From Camelus dromedarius (Eukaryota): a stretch of 64,000 bases of DNA. Position numbers and translations under genes: made by a program. Where the stretch lies: assembly GCF_036321535.1 (NCBI RefSeq), contig NC_087443.1:68076001-68140000 (forward strand), given 5' to 3'. The notes beneath the pieces were generated by a model that saw only the letters and a list, made by a program, of their open reading frames with translations, ran no database searches and had not been told where the DNA came from. Shown here piece after piece: positions 59,476-64,000 of the stretch. Numbering within the stretch: the stretch's first letter is position 1; every line of letters begins with the position of its first letter.

Positions 59476-62067
59476 GGAGAGGCCCTGCTGTTAGGCATGC
59501 TGATAGCTTTCAGGCAACTTCTGTGTCTATACTAGTGTGTTCAGAGGGTTTACAGGTAGAAGAGAACAAAACTTGGGCTGGATTTGGTGGGCATACACAT
59601 GCCCACAGTATGTTCCCTAAAAAGGACAATTTGTGACCGTGCTCAAGATGGCATGTTCTGTGCTCCACGCCCTGCCTGAGGACCTTGGAGCATCCTCAGG
59701 TCCCATCACGGACTCCTTTTCCTCTTCTTGAATGAATGCTGCAGACCCGACCCTTGGGTCCTGACTATCTCTCTCCCTTTTTGGCCACGGCCTTGTCATC
59801 TACCCAAGGACAAATCCCAGCTCCCTCTCTCACTGGCCAAGTGTAATGAAAGTGTCACCCAAATCAAACTGGGCCATGGTGTGCTATACTGAACCCTGGT
59901 TAGGCCCATTCACAAAAGAAGTGCCATTTCCAATTCATAGACCTCAAGGAGTAAATCTCCGCAGAAGGGCTTTCGTAAAGGCACGGTGAGGGGATAAATT
60001 AAGACACCACTACTCACATTAAATCTTCATACGTGTGCTCTTTACTCCTGCACTGTACCCCATCCTTGCTCCGCTGGCCTCTCCCTAACCCAAGCCAGTT
60101 CTCTCTTACCACTGTCCGCCCCTCAGTTCTTTGACATGGAGCAATTTTACTCCCCCGGGGCTTCGCCTGTCTACACGTCTACCTATTACCTAAAGAAAAG
60201 GCATCAACAAAGGTCTTCCTGGTGGTTGGCTGGGGGGACTGAGGTTTTGAGGTTTGGGAATGTTGGGAGAAGGTCATTTGACTTGACTGGTCAGGGACAA
60301 CTCTCAGTCACCTCCACTCCCCCACCTGCCTCCCTGTGGTGGAGGGACTTGGTGGCAATGTGCATTCATTGTCTGCTCTAAGGATCAGGACACAGATGAT
60401 GAGCTGAGAGCCTGACATGGCTGGGGCTTGACACGCAGTCCCAAGACGATAGCCTGCACCCTCCAACTTTTCCAGCCCCTGTTCTGAGCTCTGCCAGTCT
60501 GCAGACCAGTTATAGCAAGGGTTCTGAGGATCAGGGGACAGGTGTGCTTGGCGCTCAAAATAAGATGCAGGTGCTGTTCCTCCTTGTCAATCAGCGCAAA
60601 TCCCCACACTAATCGCACTTGACATTGGGCGATACTTTCCAATTGGATGTAGCTTAGAATTCTCAAAGCATTTTTATAGACAATTCCTTTGATCATCCAA
60701 CAGCTCTGGGAGGTAGTCACATCTTTCATTCAGCAAATACTTGCTGAGAGCTCTGTTTAGGGTGACTAAGGGGGTTCCCGGGACATGGGGCTTTTACTTT
60801 TATAGCCAAGACGGTCTCAGGCAAACTGGGATGGGTGGATCACCCTTCTGCCACTCTATGCCTTGGATGTTCCCCCATCCCCCCAGCCTGAGATGAGTAG
60901 GATAGAAGCAGTCTTAGAATACATGGCACCTACACGCTGGTGATTCTCATGCATTTGATTCTCTGCTGCATATTGACCGAGCTGTTGCAATCTGAAGTTC
61001 AGAAAAGGTTAAATTCTCATTTCCATTCTTTAGACTTCTGATTCATTCCTTAGGCCCAGGGTAGTCTTTGCAAAAGAAGAGAGAACAGTGAATTAGGAAT
61101 CATCTGGCTTTTAAAGAGCTGAGAGTCTAGAGCTGGAGGAGGTGGAGGGACATTAGGAAAACAGTGACCTGCTGGGGTCATGGGTCAAGCTTTGAGGTAC
61201 CCTACTCCACTCTTGCTTTTGTTTTCTCTTCTGATTCCACTGCTGCCTCCAGCCCATCTCCCTGTGCATCCTTCACTTCCTTCTCCGCCATTTCTTCTTC
61301 CCAACCTGACCTAACCATCTTCCATGTCTGCAATTGTTACCTCTATATGGAGGCCACCTGTTGAAATTTTGATTAAAATAACTAAATTGATTGATTATGT
61401 ACATTCAGCGATAAACACTCTGATCTCACATAGACCTCCCAGGAGAATTCCTCCTGGAAGGGATAATATATCGACCAAGAGATAAGCTTCTCTGTCCAGT
61501 TGTCAAGGATGTCATTTAATTGCTTTTATGGGACAGATGAGCTTAGGGTGAGTTTGGGTGACAGGAGCCAGATTCCACTCTGTCACGGGGCTCCCTCTAC
61601 GAGTCAGCCACTTTTCCTATACATTTCAGANNNNNNNNNNNNNNNNNNNNNNNNNNNNNNNNNNNNNNNNNNNNNNNNNNNNNNNNNNNNNNNNNNNNNN
61701 NNNNNNNNNNNNNNNNNNNNNNNNNNNNNNNNNNNNNNNNNNNNNNNNNNNNNNNNNNNNNNTAGCATTTTCTTTGGCTATTGTCAGCAGTGTGGTTGCT
61801 TAACTTTAAGAGCTATCTAAGGCATTTGGTGTGAATCTTCATCTGCTTGAAGAGCATGACTCTCAGCTCATTGTTTTCCTGAGGAGTCATGCTTTTTGGT
61901 TTTCTCTGGCATAGCTGTTTAGGTGTTTTGGGGTGGGGGTGGATTGATCTCTCCCTTAAGTGCATGAAAAGCCTCATAAAAAGAATAATCGTTGTCACCC
62001 TTCACTTAGGGTGTGATGGTTGTCATCCTATTAAAAAAAAAACAAAACTATGTCCAGTTGGTTTGGC

Positions 62068-62780
62068 TCTTCATTCATTCATTTGTCCATAAACATTCGT
62101 GGAGGACTTATGTTCCAGGCATCCTTTGAGATGCTTGGAAGACAACAGAGAACAAGCCATTCTGAGTAAGTGACATCTGAGTTGAGATCCAAGTGATATG
62201 ACAGTGCCAGACATGCAAAGGTCTGGGTGGAGATTGTTCCAGACAAAGGGAACAGTAAGCCCCAAAGGAGAGAAAGAGCTTGTTTTGTTTGAGGATCAAA
62301 GAGAGGGACAGTGTGCAGGGACAGAGTAAGCGTGGGGGGTGGACATGGGATGTCAAGATGAGGTCCAGAGAGGTAGACGGGAGCTAGATGACATCAAACC
62401 TTGGGATTTTATTCGAAGGACAATGACAAGGTGCTGGAAGGTTTTTAAATAGGCAAATGAAGGGCCTAATCTGATTTTGAAAGGATTACTCTGGTTGCTT
62501 TATTGGAGAGTGGGTTATAGGGCAGCAAGAGTGGATCAATCAAGAGAAATACTGCACAATTCTAGGTGGGAAATGATGGTTTGGACCTGGGTAGTGGCCA
62601 TGGAGCAGGAGAGAAGTTGACAAACTCAAGATACATTTGGGAGGCAGCACTTGCTGATAGATTATAGACACTGGATGTGTGGATGGGAGAAGGGGCAAGA
62701 GAAAAATCAGGAATGAGTCTCAGGCTTTAGGCTTGAGCAAAACAGTGGATGGTGATGCCTTTAACAGAGATTCAGGGGAC
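62068..62780 (-). mobile_element. L2a fragment
   Basis: Starts 'tcattcattcatttgtccataaacatt'; 'ctgattttgaaaggattactctggttgc'; 'gaatgagtctcaggctttaggcttgagc'. Confidence 0.85.
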
Positions 62781-63074
62781 CACAGAGAACCAGAGTGCGG
62801 GTCACGCCTCCAGGCACCACTGCCACCATCATATGATGCTTTTCCCAGGCCAATGATACATGGTCCTTTTTGTTTCATATTCTATCAGCATGGGAATAAA
62901 ATTCCAATAAACTACAAAAACAGTGAATAGGGACTCAGAAGTGATTTCCTCCCTAGAAAGAAAGGAAGACCAAGAAAAAAAAAACATATTGAACACCTAC
63001 TGCATAAAGAATAAACAGGCACTTGCCTAAGATGTCACTTTTGAAGCACCATTTCATGTTTATCATCACTGGCA

Positions 63075-63290
63075 ATAAAAACAGTGATAATCAGTCTTTA
63101 GTGAGTATTTGCTAAGTGTCAAGCATGAGTCTAAGTGCTTTACATGTATTATTTCATTTAGTTTTCTCATGCCTGGGAGGTAAAATAGAGTTTTACTCTA
63201 CTTCTAGTTGGACAAACTGAGGTGTTGGGGGGAAAATAATCACTCAGGGTCACACAGAAGGAAGTGGCTGATTCTGGATTTAAACTCTGA
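63075..63290 (-). mobile_element. MIRb split by the following L1 (resumes at ~63975)
   Basis: 'ctaagtgctttacatgtattatttcattt', 'cagggtcacacag...ggatttaaac'; continues 'aaccctggtcccttgactcc'. Confidence 0.75.
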
Positions 63291-63296
63291 TCCTTT

Positions 63297-63976
63297 GTAT
63301 AGAGATTCCTTAAAAAACTAAAAGTAGACTTACCATATGATCCAGCAATCCCATTCCTGGGCATGTATCTGGAGGGAATTCTAATTCAAAAAGATACATG
63401 TACCCTAATGTTCATAGAANNNNNNNNNNNNNNNNNNNNNNNNNNNNNNNNNNNNNNNNNNNNNNNNNNNNNNNNNNNNNNNNNNNNNNNNNNNNNNNNN
63501 NNNNNNNNNNNNNNNNNNNNNNNNNNNNNNNNNNNNNNNNNNNNNNNNNNNNNNNNNNNNNNNNNNNNNNNNNNNNNNNNNNNNNNNNAAAGCAAGCCAG
63601 AAAGGTAAAGAAAAATACCATATGATACCACTTATATGTGGAATCTTAAAAAAAAGAAAAGACACAAATGAACTTATTTACAAAACAGACTCACAGACAT
63701 AGAAAACAAACTTACGGTTCCCAGAGGAAAGAGGGTGGGAAGGGATAAATTGGGAGCTCAAGATTTGCAGATTCCAAATATAAAATAGACAAACAACAAA
63801 TTTATATTGTATAGCACAGGGAACTATATTCAAAATCGTGTAGTAAACTATAATGAAAAAGAATATGAAAATGAATATATGTATGTATATATATGACTGA
63901 ACTATTATACTGTACACCAGAAATTGACACAATGCTGTAAACTGACTCTCCTTCAAATAAATAAATAAATAAATAA
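63297..63976 (+). mobile_element. 5'-truncated lineage-specific L1 (cetartiodactyl/camelid-type 3' UTR) with (TAAA)n tail
   Basis: 'GILIQKDTCTLMFI' ORF2 motif; UTR 'tgtatagcacagggaactatattcaa...gaatatgaaaatgaatatatgtatg...gaaattgacacaatgctgtaaactgact'; degenerate TSD aactctgatcctttg / aaccctggtcccttg. Confidence 0.92.
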
Positions 63977-64000
63977 CCCTGGTCCCTTGACTCCTGGCCT

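Larger units (their letters stand above)
10936..63588. other. Eight assembly gaps (N runs): 10936-11114, 11212-11342, 11427-11596, 28091-28225, 28409-28554, 54327-~54564, 61631-61762, 63420-63588
   Basis: Read directly from the sequence. Confidence 0.97.

Noticed and set aside
157-63956. The many 60-227 aa ORFs in the supplied track as protein-coding genes
   Set aside because: None resembles a protein family I recognise except L1 ORF2 scraps. They overlap in all frames, show low-complexity composition typical of GC-rich non-coding DNA, and often lie in SINEs or LTRs. Short internal exons cannot be fully excluded without RNA data.
1-64000. CRISPR array, tRNA, rRNA, snRNA or prokaryotic-type operon
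   Set aside because: No regularly spaced repeat-spacer array, cloverleaf with A/B boxes, or rRNA/snRNA motif was seen; the DNA is clearly mammalian.

Overview
This is mammalian (eutherian) non-coding genomic DNA, either a large intron or an intergenic regulatory region. I cannot recognise any protein-coding exon, rRNA, tRNA or CRISPR array, and I cannot name the locus. The ORFs in the track are chance frames, apart from a few that translate decayed L1 ORF2 C-terminal pieces. Much of the window is old interspersed repeat: MIR, L2, L1M families, MLT1/MLT2/ERVL LTRs, MER5A/MER45/MER63 hATs and Tigger-family elements. No Alu, B1/B2, Bov-tA, PRE-1 or CHR-2 SINEs are seen. The youngest L1 3' UTR (63.3-64.0 kb) resembles, from memory, camelid/cetartiodactyl L1, so the host is probably an artiodactyl and possibly a camelid (inference). 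Eight 130-240 bp N gaps, seven of them inside repeats, point to a short-read draft assembly. Between the repeats lie several CpG-retaining, motif-dense blocks that look like enhancers, including a CpG-island-like segment with a strong G-quadruplex at 25.4-26.0 kb. The most notable single observations are: a MER41-like ERV1 solo LTR that keeps a canonical STAT (GAS) site, with a perfect IRF element 4.3 kb away; a 32-bp perfect palindrome created inside an L1; and a 14-bp homeodomain palindrome. I found no convincing evidence of a new gene system. Repeat family names come from recalled consensus sequences, and most boundaries are approximate (about +/-20 bp).
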